Shown one piece after another: positions 37,532-48,151 of a stretch of 64,000 bases of DNA. The DNA is from Selaginella moellendorffii (Eukaryota > Plantae > Lycopodiophyta), in NCBI RefSeq assembly GCF_000143415.4, contig NW_003314290.1, positions 1,328,536 through 1,392,535 on the forward strand, in the 5' to 3' direction. Within the stretch, counting starts at the first letter, position 1, and every line of letters begins with the position of its first letter. The notes under the pieces were generated by a model that saw only the letters and a list, made by a program, of their open reading frames with translations, did no database searches and was not told the origin of the DNA. The position numbers and the translations under genes were made by a program.

Positions 37532-39688
37532 TCAGCTTTGTAGATCTCTTCCAGTCTCGCGCTGCTTCTCTCCAACATTCCAGCGCTCATACAAGTTGGC
37601 CATCAAAGCGTAAGCAGCACCACGCTGCTCGTCCAGCTCCAGCAGCGAGTTAAACGCCGCTCGGCCAATCTCCACATTCTTCCACTTCTCGCAGGCACCC
37701 AGCACCGTCGTCCAGGTGATCACATTCGCTTCGTAAGGCATGCCTTTCACCATAGCCAGAGCTTCTTCCAGATGGCTCGCACGCCCCAGCAAGTCGATCA
37801 TGCACTGGTAGTGTTCTATCCCTGGCTTGACCCCGTATTCCAGATCCATGCTTTTGAAGCACTTCTTCCCTTTTTCGACAAGCCCAGCGTGGCTGCATGC
37901 CGACAACACCGATTGGAAAGTCACAGCGTTTGCTTGAACTCCTGCTTCACGCATCTCCGAGAAGAGCTGGAAAACTCTGGTAGCATCTCCCAGGCGACTA
38001 AATCCTGCTAGCAGTGAACTCCACGACACCAAGTCCTTGTTTGGCATCGAATCAAAGACCTGCTCAGCTTTGTCGACACGGCCGTTCCTACCGTAGAAAT
38101 CCACCAGAGAATTCCCTACAAACTCGTTGCTTTCGTGTCCCTGCTTGCAAATTTCTGCGTGGAGAGTTTTCCCTGTGTCGAAGCCTGCCGCATTACTACA
38201 TGCCACAAGCACAGCGACGTAAACTTGAGCATCCGGCAAGCAGCCACCCGAGTTCTTCATTGACGCAAACATCCCAAAAGCCAGCTGGCTTTCATGCTCG
38301 TCTTGTGCATAGCCATGGATGAGAGCACTCCAGGAAACCACGTTGTGACACTTCATCATGTCAAAGACTTTCCGGGCGTCGAGCATGTTTCCACACTTGG
38401 CGTAAAGATCCAGGAGCCCATTCTCCACAAAGATATCGGTTTGGAGTGCTCGAGAGTGGATCCCCATAGCTTTCTCCAGACACTCAAATTTGAGGAGCTT
38501 CATCTCGGCATCACTTCGTTTTTCTGTGCTGGAGACTATAGTTGTACAAGCCAGCAGCGCCGCAAGATAAGTCTGGGTGTTTGGTGAGCACCCTCTAGCT
38601 TGCATCAGCTCGAAGAGCTCCAAAGCTCTTTTCCCATCGCCATTCTCTGCGTATCCCAGAATCATTGTCGTCCACGAAACCACGTCGTGCCTCTTGATAC
38701 CGCTGAAAGCCTTCCAAGCCTCCCCCACGCTCCCACACTTGGAGTACATATCTATCAAGCTGCTAGCCACGAAAAGCTCCGAGTCCAATTCCCTTCTCGC
38801 AGCCTGAGAATGGAGATGTTTCCCAATTTCCAAGCACTTCGCCTTCACCACCTTTTCTCCCTGCTTCCCTCTGTGTTTCAGCGTCATTTCCACACAAGCA
38901 ACCAATGCCGCCACGAAAGTTCGAGCATTTGGTTCATAGCCTTCTCGTTGCATGCGCTGGAAAAATTCGAGCGCTACCTCGGGTTGCCCGTTCTCTGAAA
39001 AGCCCAGAATCAGAGCTGTCCAAAGAACTACGTCTGGATTTACCATGCTCTCGAACACACTGACAGCGTTCTCCATGCTTCCACACTTGGAGTACATATC
39101 CACCAGCGTTCCAGCAACGTAGATATCTGCGTCACAACCCAAGTCGCGAGCGTGAGAGTGAACAGCCAAGCCCAAGCGGAGAGACTTCACCTTTAAAAAC
39201 CTTCCATCGATGAAAGTGAACTCCTCTTTCTCGGCCATGGCGGAGCAGGCCATGAGAGTAAAGACGTGAGTCCGAGAATCCACTAAACCACTGCCCCGAG
39301 CCTGGAAAAAAAGCTGTAACGCTTGATCATCCTCACCACTTGTAGCGTATCCCTGGATGAGAGCGTTCCACGAGACAGTGTCGGGCGCCTCCATTCCATC
39401 GAAGACGCGCTTGGCTTCCACAATGCTTCCACACCTCGCGTACATAGAAATCAGCGTATTTGCCACGCGAATCGCCGAGCCAAGGCCGCTCCTGGCCGAG
39501 TCCCAGTGGATTTTCCTCCCGGATTGAACCTCCCTTGCGACGCCGCAGGCCTTGAGAGCGATCAGGAGCGCTGGGATGCTCGCCGCGGCGGGATTTCCAT
39601 GCTGAAACCACGAGAAACGATCTAGTTCTACCCTGCGCTCAACGATTGTGCTGGGGCGGCACCGGATCCGGCATTGTAGAAGGCGCAT
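37532..39688 (-). CDS. PLS-class pentatricopeptide repeat protein with E domain (no DYW), intronless
   Basis: Repeated P-L-S motifs (LVDMYSKCGS, DVVSWT, VLSACSHAGLV, EHYQCMIDLLGRA) and an E-domain C-terminus. Confidence 0.93.
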   Translation of the reverse strand: MRLLQCRIRCRPSTIVERRVELDRFSWFQHGNPAAASIPALLIALKACGVAREVQSGRKIHWDSARSGLGSAIRVANTLISMYARCGSIVEAKRVFDGMEAPDTVSWNALIQGYATSGEDDQALQLFFQARGSGLVDSRTHVFTLMACSAMAEKEEFTFIDGRFLKVKSLRLGLAVHSHARDLGCDADIYVAGTLVDMYSKCGSMENAVSVFESMVNPDVVLWTALILGFSENGQPEVALEFFQRMQREGYEPNARTFVAALVACVEMTLKHRGKQGEKVVKAKCLEIGKHLHSQAARRELDSELFVASSLIDMYSKCGSVGEAWKAFSGIKRHDVVSWTTMILGYAENGDGKRALELFELMQARGCSPNTQTYLAALLACTTIVSSTEKRSDAEMKLLKFECLEKAMGIHSRALQTDIFVENGLLDLYAKCGNMLDARKVFDMMKCHNVVSWSALIHGYAQDEHESQLAFGMFASMKNSGGCLPDAQVYVAVLVACSNAAGFDTGKTLHAEICKQGHESNEFVGNSLVDFYGRNGRVDKAEQVFDSMPNKDLVSWSSLLAGFSRLGDATRVFQLFSEMREAGVQANAVTFQSVLSACSHAGLVEKGKKCFKSMDLEYGVKPGIEHYQCMIDLLGRASHLEEALAMVKGMPYEANVITWTTVLGACEKWKNVEIGRAAFNSLLELDEQRGAAYALMANLYERWNVGEKQRETGRDLQS

Positions 39689-39856
39689 TCACGCCATTCC
39701 GCTAGCCAGGAACCCTAAATTTCAAAACCCCATCTGGAAAGTCTTTTGAGAAATAGCAACGAAGGTCAGGCACGGGATATTCCACCACGTGTCGTGAATA
39801 TGCTTCCGTGCAGAGAGGAATATAATCTAGGGTTTACTGGGCATTAAACCCTTTCG

Positions 39857-41189
39857 ATGGAGAATGTGGATCACTGTTCGAAGAACCACAGATGGATCGT
39901 CCTGCTGCTCATCGTCATCAGCCTCCTCGTCGCGCCCTACGCGCTCTTCCGGTCCAATCCGGCCTATGCGCTGCTCTCGGAGTCGTCCTGGTCGGGATCC
40001 TTCCACCGCGTCTTTGGATGGGGCAACACGGTCGAGAATCTCAATCACACCTTTGTAAGTGGCCGCTCTCTCGCCGCGCGCTCTCTAGATCACGCGCGCT
40101 CCCTCTAAATTACTCGATTCTCGCGAAATCTCTCGAGATTTCGCTCGAAATATCCTCGCCATAGCTAGAGTCCTCGCGATCTTTGGGGCTGAGAATTTCG
40201 GTGTTTGTTTCCAGAGCAGCGATGAGCTGCGGGAGCTCCGGCAGCTGCTCAATGCGACCGCGTTCCGGAACAAGACGGTGATCCTCACCACGCTCAACGA
40301 GGCGTGGTCGCGGGACCAGAGCATGATCGATCTCTTCCTCAAGAGCTTCCGCATCGGCACCGGGACCCGGCCGCTGCTGGATCACTTGCTCATCGTGGCG
40401 CTGGACGAGGTCGCGTACCGGCGCTGCCGCGACATCCACAGCTTTTGCTTCGTGCTCAAGACACCCGGGGTGGATTTCCGCGGCGAGAAATTCTTCCGCT
40501 CCTCGGACTATCTCAAGATGATGTGGAGCCGGATCGATTTCCTCCGCCGCGTGCTCGAGCTCGGCTACAACTTCGTCTTCTCCGTAAGTCGTCGCTTTAT
40601 TATTTTTTTCTTTCTTCTTCTTCTCGTTGTTTTGTACGGCAGCGTTTTTCCTTGACTTATATGTGGTTTTTCGACGTTCCAGGACGCGGACATCCTGTGG
40701 TTCCGCGATCCCTTCGACCACTTCTCTCGAAACACCGACTTTGAGATCGCCTGCGACCACTACAATGGCAACGCCACCGATCTCTCCAACAGTCCCAACG
40801 GGGGCTTCGTCCACGTAAAGTCCAATCCCCGCACCATCGCCTTCTACAAGCTCTGGTACCAGTCGCGGCTCGCGTTCCTGGGCAAGCACGACCAGGAAGT
40901 CCTGGACAAGATCAAGCTCACGCCCCGGTTCGCCAGCCTCGGCCTCCGCATCCGGTTCCTGAGCACCGAGGTGTTTGCAAACTTCTGCGAGATCGGGACG
41001 AGCAGGCCGGCGACGGTGTGCACGATCCACTCGAATTGCTGCAAGGGGCTGGACAAGAAGCTCGAGGACTTGCGCGGGGTGATGAGCGATTGGAGCTCGT
41101 TTAAGTTCTTGAGCCCGGAGGAGCGCGCCGAGAAGACGGTGGAGTGGAGGCAGCTAAAGTGGTGCCCAAAGAAGCGAGGCTGGCTGTGA
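39857..41189 (+). CDS. Nucleotide-diphospho-sugar transferase (GT77-like), type II membrane protein
   Basis: N-terminal transmembrane segment; KTVILTTLN.AW, MIDLFL.SF, YLKMMWSRIDFL and D.DILWFRDPF, NGGF, HDQ; 3 exons. Confidence 0.9.
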
Positions 41190-41424
41190 GCACCATCCGT
41201 ACGGTAACTGTACATACAAAACACTGGAGTACGGAGTGATTATGCATGGAATATATCTCCCAAGTTTCTGACGATTCCTAGTGTACGAAACTTTAACTTT
41301 TCATTCGAACTGTTTGACGAACCCTAGGTGAATTTGTACGAAAGTGTTGACTTTTTGTACGAACATACTAGTTTGGAAAACCCTGGCTGTACGGTAGAAA
41401 TTATCGGATAGATCTTTCATCGCC

Positions 41425-42283
41425 ATGGAGGAGACAATCCCGGGGTTCGTCCCCGCGCAACTGTCGATTGCTTCGATTCTCGCGGTGTATGGATCGGCGT
41501 CGGCGCTGGTCATTGCCTCGATCTGGATTCTTTCGAGTTAAGTTTTGTGAGAAAGATTGATTGACCGATCTAGCGCGCGCTTCTCTGCAGGGAAATATCG
41601 CTACCTCGGCGCCACGGATCGATTGCTTATGTGCTGGTTCGCATTCTCGGGCCTCACGCACATCATCCTCGAGGGCTACTTCGTCTTCACCCCGGATTTC
41701 TACAAGCAAAAGGAGATTTGCTTCCTCTCCGAAGTCTGTAAGTCCATAGATCTCGCCAGATCCGTCGCCAGATCCGTCGCCTATCGATTGATTCGCTTCA
41801 CTTTGATCGATTTCCAGGGAAGGAATACCACAATGGCGATTCGCGCTATGGCGCTCGTGATCCCACCGTTGTTATCGTGGAAGGAATCACGTCTGTTCTA
41901 GCAGGGCCGGCGTGTCTACTCGCAGTGTGAGCTTCCTCTCGATCAAAACTTTGTTTTTTTCACTCTTGGATCTCTCTCTTTCTTCCAGATACGCTATCGC
42001 GAAGAGAAAGTCCTACCAATACACGCTCCAGCTCGCGGTCTCACTGGGCCAGCTCTATGGGGACATCGTCTACTTTGGCCAACCAATCCTGGCCGGGAAA
42101 GAGTTCTCCAAGGGTGGGCTTCTCTACTATTGGTTCTACTATATCTTCATGAATGGCATTTGGGTCGTCATTCCACTCCCAATCGTCGTGAGGAGCTGGA
42201 GGAAGATCAGCCAGGGATTGGAAGCTCCCAGCAAAAAAGAGAGGAAGAGCAAAGCCTCTTTTGATCGACACAAAGCAGCTTGA
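41425..42283 (+). CDS. EBP-family sterol delta8-delta7 isomerase (HYD1-like)
   Basis: RLLMCWFAFSGLTHIILEGYF, WKEY..GDSRY, LQLAVSLGQLYG.IVYF and YYWFYYIFMNGIWVVIP; 4 exons. Confidence 0.9.
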
Positions 42284-42752
42284 GAAAAGCTTTGAGAAAT
42301 TTTTTTGGACAACTGGAACACACTGATATTACATATGGAAAATAACAATGGCATACCCCGATATGAAGTATAACATCACAACAATATGGTGGTATCTGAA
42401 AGACAAGAAACCAAAACTTTAATCCTTTCTTAGACTTGGAAAAACTTGATAGCTTACTGAATACCATGTCGATTCTAGATGGAAGCAAGCACCTGGGAAA
42501 AAAATCAGCGGAACAGGCACTTAGAACTCTTGATAAAAGAGTATAGAAACTTACTGTCTACCAGGAAACTTGATGATATACGGCACCTGGAAGAAACAAA
42601 GAGAAACTTGAGATCTCTTTCCTTGAAACTCGAAACTTTTCAGGCTTACTCGAAACTTATAGATGGTCTCATAGTACCTGGACAAGAAAACGAAAAGCAC
42701 TCTTGAAATCTCAAAGAAACATGAAAGTTCTTACTCGGAGACCGCCGAATCT

Positions 42753-43590
42753 TCACCGCTCCAATCCCACATCCACGTTGATCGCCAGATCTTCCACCGC
42801 AACCTTGACAACGTCGTTCCTAATCCCAACATCCGCCGCGTACTTGCTCGCGTAGTAGACCCCGACTGTGGAGAGAGCAAATCCCCACGGGCTGGACATG
42901 AGGAACCGGAATGGCGACGAGAGGATGGCGGCAACCGGGGGCCCGATGAAAGAAATCGCCTGTCCACTGCGACCAATCGCAGTTCTATCCTTGACGAGAA
43001 GCCCCGTCTTGCAGTAGATCGCATAGTCCTCGCAGTTGTTCCGGAAGATATGGTAGCACCCAAAACCATTCTCTAGCAGATAGTTCGCGCGGTGGAGAAC
43101 CAGCTCGGGATCATCGGCAATGGCGAGACTACACGTACCACCACGGATTTTGACGAAGAACGTTGCGAGAGAGGTGCTATACTCGAATCTGTAGAGCGGG
43201 CAGCCGGCGAGGAAGCACGAAAGGCACGATTTGATCACGCCATGGCTGTTTGGCTCGTTGCCGCAGATTTCGCAAGTAGCCGTGGATGGAGCCGGGCCAG
43301 AGCTGGAGATTATCGTGTCCAGGAAGGTATTCGTGCCGATCTCTTGATCCCGGCCCCTGGTGAAGTGGATCACGCGCGATTCGCCGATGTAGATGCCTGG
43401 AAATTGGGAGAGAGTTGAGAGAGCGACGATCGCGAGTTCTAAGCTAGGAATCGTGGCAATGCGGTGGAAATACCCTAGATTTTCGAGAGCACTTACCGTG
43501 ATGCGCGTAGGCGTAGCCGGATCGCCAGGAGTAGATGTGATCGCCGGGCTGGAGCGACGCCTCATCGACGCGATTGGAGAGATAGCCCAT
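42753..43590 (-). CDS. NC-domain / LRAT-like (permuted NlpC/P60) protein
   Basis: MGYLSNRV..LQPGDHIYSWR..YAHHGIYIG..VIHFT and YHIFRNNCEDYAIYCKTG; one intron at about 43398-43496. Confidence 0.9.
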
Positions 43591-43898
43591 CGTCGCTCCA
43601 GGGCAAGCAAACGATCACCGACAATGCCCTAGAATTTTTTTTTTCAAAGGAGTTTCTAGTGCAACGTGGCAGGATCTCGGCCGTGGTCATCCAACGGTTA
43701 ACGATTACTAAAATTCAAATGTAAAATCAGGGTTCTCCAAGAGAGGGAATGGGAATTTTAGGTTTCCTTGTGGAGTGGAGGGTAGCGATGGCGGCAGAGA
43801 GTGCGATCTAAGGTAATCTTCCTCACAGCAGCTTAAGGACAGCCGACCGGCCGGATTTAAACGGATTAGCAGGGGATTTGTTTTTACCTCGATTGACA

Positions 43899-45300
43899 AT
43901 GAGCGCTCCATTGGATGCTCCAGCGGAAGAAGATACCACTGGCGAGAAGGAAATCGCAATGACCCAATTCAAGGATGGGGACAAAGTGCTTGCTTACCAC
44001 GGGCCTCTCATTTACGAAGCCAAGGTAGCGTTTTTTCTTGGTTTTCTCGATTTTCTTTCATTGTGTTTTTTTTTTTTCTACTCGTAGATTCAAAAGGCAG
44101 AGCTTCGAAAGAACGAATGGAAATACTTCGTGCATTACCTGGTAAGATTTGTTTTGCTTGTTCGCGTTTTTCAAAGGTTGAAACTCTGGGTTGTATGTTA
44201 CAGGGATGGAGTAAGAAGTGAGTTGTCGTGATGTTCTTCGTGATTTTGCAGCTGAGAGTTTCTTTTTTTGTTTTTCGAAGCTGGGACGAATGGATTGGGG
44301 AGGAGCGTCTGCTGCCTCTGAACGAAGAGAATTTGGAGAAACAAAAGCATCTGGTCAATACGCAAGCTGCGGACAAGCGTGGGAAAGGACGGATGGGTCA
44401 GGGAAAGCCAAAGGGAGCCACAAGCACTGGTAAGATTCACGGCAGTAGTTTACCTCGTTTACGTACCAGGTTGATGCGAGGCAGCTACAAAAGGAAGGAA
44501 ACGCAAGTCTGAGGTTGTTTTCTTTGCTCTTTTAAGACTTGTGTATTGAGGGGCCTTCGCAGGAAAAAGATGGTGAGGATAACTCACTAAAGTTTTCACT
44601 GCCAGCTGCTTTGAAAAAGCTTCTTATAGAGGACTGCGAGCTTGTTACGCAAGGCAGCAAGGTAAGAGAGCCGCAAAGTTAATTTTTTCCTGGCGATATA
44701 ACAATTTACGTGTTTCCTTTTTCTTGCTTGCTTCAGCTAGCCAAGCTACCAAAAAGTCCCTCCGTCGAAGAGATATTGCAAAAATATCTAGAAACTAAGA
44801 CAAAACCGTAAGCTCGTCACTTCGCTTTCTATGGTGGATGAGTCCACACTAATCGTTTTATAGGGGAGACTCTCTGGTTGAGATACTTAATGGCCTTCGC
44901 TCTTATTTCGACAAGGCTCTTCCTCTGATGTTGTTATACAAGGAGGAACGTAAGCAACATGTAGAAGTCTTTGCTAATAACACATCCACGCCATCCGCTG
45001 TGTATGGAGCTGAACACTTTCTCCGTTTGTTTGGTACTTTTCTACGTGTCTTGCTATGGTTCATTCAACCAAATCTTGTGTGTGTTGCAGTGAAACTTCC
45101 GGAGCTCCTTCAATATGTAAATATGGAAGAGGAGGCAGCTTCTCAGCTACAACAAAAGCTGATGGACCTTTTGAAGTATATCTCCAGTTCATCCGCTCAT
45201 TTGACTGACAGTGCTCTTGTCTTTACGCAGATTTATTCAGAAAAACCAGAGTACCTTCTTCCATGCCAATGCGGACGGCTTGAAGTTCGAAAACAAATGA
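43899..45300 (+). CDS. MRG/EAF3 chromodomain protein
   Basis: KVLAYHGPLIYEAK, YFVHYLGWSK.WDEW, GLRSYFDKALPLMLLY and YGAEHFLRLFVKLPELL; TGA at 45298-45300. Confidence 0.93.
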
Positions 45301-48151
45301 GATTGGTATGGATAGGCTTGCGCGTAAAGGTATGCGAGGGTTTAATTCCTCTGGCTTTTTTGAGTGTCGCAAAAGTGGTGCAGCCAGCCAGAGGGTTTAT
45401 AGAGCCTTGTTGTTGTTTTTTTTTTTCTGTTTTCTTGTGTAATATATGAATCTCTTACAAAGATTTGCTGCTGTGCACATCCGAATAGCAGGGACATCGT
45501 AAATCGTGATTGGCTAGTCATTGCGGACAAGGACGAAGAAGTTTCTTTGAACCTGATCCTCCAAAAGCTGATACTGATGGCGATTGAATCCCATCCTTCC
45601 TACTCCAGTGGTAAGCTCAAACAAGCTACGCTAGCGGAAACTTTCCTCTTTTTTCTCTTTTTTTGTCTGTAGGTGAGGCTTCGCTCCAAGTGTTTTCCTC
45701 GCTACATTCCGTGTTCCCCAGCCAAGTTGCGATTAGTTTTTGGAAGAGTGCAATGTATCGACGCGAAAGCGGCCGCCTCGGTAAGATTTGTTTTTGTTTT
45801 GTTTGAGGAATTCAGGTATTGGGGGTCCAGTCCAGTCCAGTGTAGCTGCACTGGACGCGCTAGGCGACAAGTTTTCGCGACGCGAAAAGGAGAAAGAGAG
45901 CTCTATCTAGCTCGCTCGCTCGGGACCGGGTCGGGCCTCTCGTTTTCCTTCACTTTTTTTCCGCTGTTTTCCTTTGTTTTGCTCTCTTTTTTTGCCCTTT
46001 CAGCTCGGCTGGCGCTCCAATCACGTACAAGCGACAAACGGTCTACGCAGGTATTTTAATTCGCAGCTCGCCTCTCGTTCTCACCAAGTTCGTTGAATTG
46101 CAAGGCTGGCCAGGGACACCATCCAACCTGATACAGAACTTTTCCAACGAGAAAGCTTTGGCACGCACGCTGGCGAGCGATTAAAAAAAGCCCAAGTTGA
46201 GTTCCACACCCAGTGGAAAGCGCGAGGGGCCAAGATTCAGTGGAGCAGTGTTCTTGAGGACCATGACGTTGGTGTTGGTTGGCAAACACACTCTAGAACA
46301 GTGACGTGATTCCATCGTAAGTTGAGGTCTGGTTGTCAAAGGTGATGAGATCTTATCATATAGATGTCGTGTGTGATTTTTTATACGTGTGTATGTGGTG
46401 CCTCGCTTGCCTGGATTGAATCGATGGAATTCTCTCATTTCATGATTGGAGGGGCCACTGTGCTTTTTATTTAAGCGTTTTATTTTTCTTTTCCAGTGAC
46501 ATCACACACGCTGCTACACATTGAAGTTGAATTTTCTCTCCAGCATAAAAGCAGATATGATACTATGATATACGGTGTTTTTGTGTTTCCAAAACAGAGG
46601 AAAACGATGCGATCACAAGATTTGGATGGTCTATGGACTAACAACACCTTAAGCACAATGATTGGAACTTCTGGAAGGTGGCGAAGGAAATCATAATGGA
46701 CTTGAGGATGTTTACGCATGGTGTCCTGGAGAAGTGATCATGGCAGACATCCACCAGCACTTTCATTGGATATCCCAAATCCCCCTTTCTCAGGGCGAGA
46801 ATCTGAATTTCTTGGTTTCCACATGAGCTCCTTTGGGGGAGGATTTGTACAGTGCGCACAGGTGCAAATAACTCCACCAGTATTTGATTCCTGTGAGATT
46901 GTGATCAGCCAGCAGCCAGAGGCTCATATGGAAAAAAGAAAAAAACAGAGTAGAAAAGTAAAGGAAAAGAGGGTTTTGTGCATGGCAGAGGTTGCTTGCA
47001 CCTTCAATCTGAGGCCAAGTTCCTGTCACAAAGGTTGAATGTGTTTGGGTGGAACAAGCAAAGAAATGCTGCTTGCTGTTAAGCATTTCCAAGTTGATTC
47101 TGTGATCCACCCAAGAAGTGGTGTCAAAGCAAAACAAATCTTATTGTTAAGTCATGGGGATATTCCCTTTCTTATGTGTTTGTGTGTTGTTTGTGGTGTG
47201 TTCCATGCAATACAGAAAAGTTATGTGGCTTGTGATGGTTGCTCCTGATGTAAGTGTACAAGAATAAGATTTTTCTTTGATTCACAGGCAAGATCTCTTT
47301 GTAGTATGTTGGGATGATTGGTACTAATCGCCTTTCTCTTTTTTTTCCCCTCTCCTCCTGGCTGGGCCACTGTGTCAGAAAAATCTCCCATTATTTTCAG
47401 AATCCAGAATCAACCTTTTCTTTTTCACACTGGTGTAAAGTCAACGAGAAATGAAAAAGGTGTCAACCTTCGATAAGGAGGAATTAGGGCAGGCAGGAAA
47501 ACAGGGATTCCGTTTTTTCCGGAAAGGTGGCGGAAGAATATTCCTATGCCGGGATTGAAGGAATATCCATGCTGATTATTGTAAGAGATTGTGGGGGTGT
47601 GGATAAGAAAGTAGAGGGTGAAGCGATTCGCGAGCTATACACGTACCCAGTTTTGCCAGGTGGGCGCTGTGACCCGCCATATGGACCCCGCTGTGGTGGC
47701 GCCCTATAAATTCCTCCCATTTCCACCCTTCACACAAACTCGCAAGAGAGAGCGCGGTCGAGCCAAAGAAAAGAAGGAATTTATTCTTTTCTTTTTTCAA
47801 TTTTTTTCTTTTTCTAATCCGTCCATTTGAATCCATTCTTGAACTTGAATCCGTTTGTTGAAGAATTTGGCTCCGGGAAGAAGCGATTGATCTCTCTCCA
47901 CCGATTTGGAGTTTTTGGATGTGATTACTGCCTGGTGCTCTGTTTTTGGCCTTTCCTCTGTTATTCTTTGCTTCGATTGCTCGCTCGCTCGCTATCGCTC
48001 CCGCCGCTCTCTCCCTCTCGCTCTCTCCCTCGCTGACAGTGGGAAGAAAGAGTGATCAATCCCACGGGTTTTTCGAGCGTCCGAAAAGAGAAAAGAAACA
48101 AGACAAAGCAAAAATATTTCTCTCCTATTTTTTTTTTGCGCCTCCTCGGCC

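Noticed and set aside
40110-41030. 306-aa minus-strand ORF
   Set aside because: Antisense shadow of the GC-rich GT77-like exons.
47135-47275. Possible hairpin bounded by AAATCTTATT/AATAAGATTT
   Set aside because: Only about 10 bp of AT-rich complementarity, and the interior pairs poorly.
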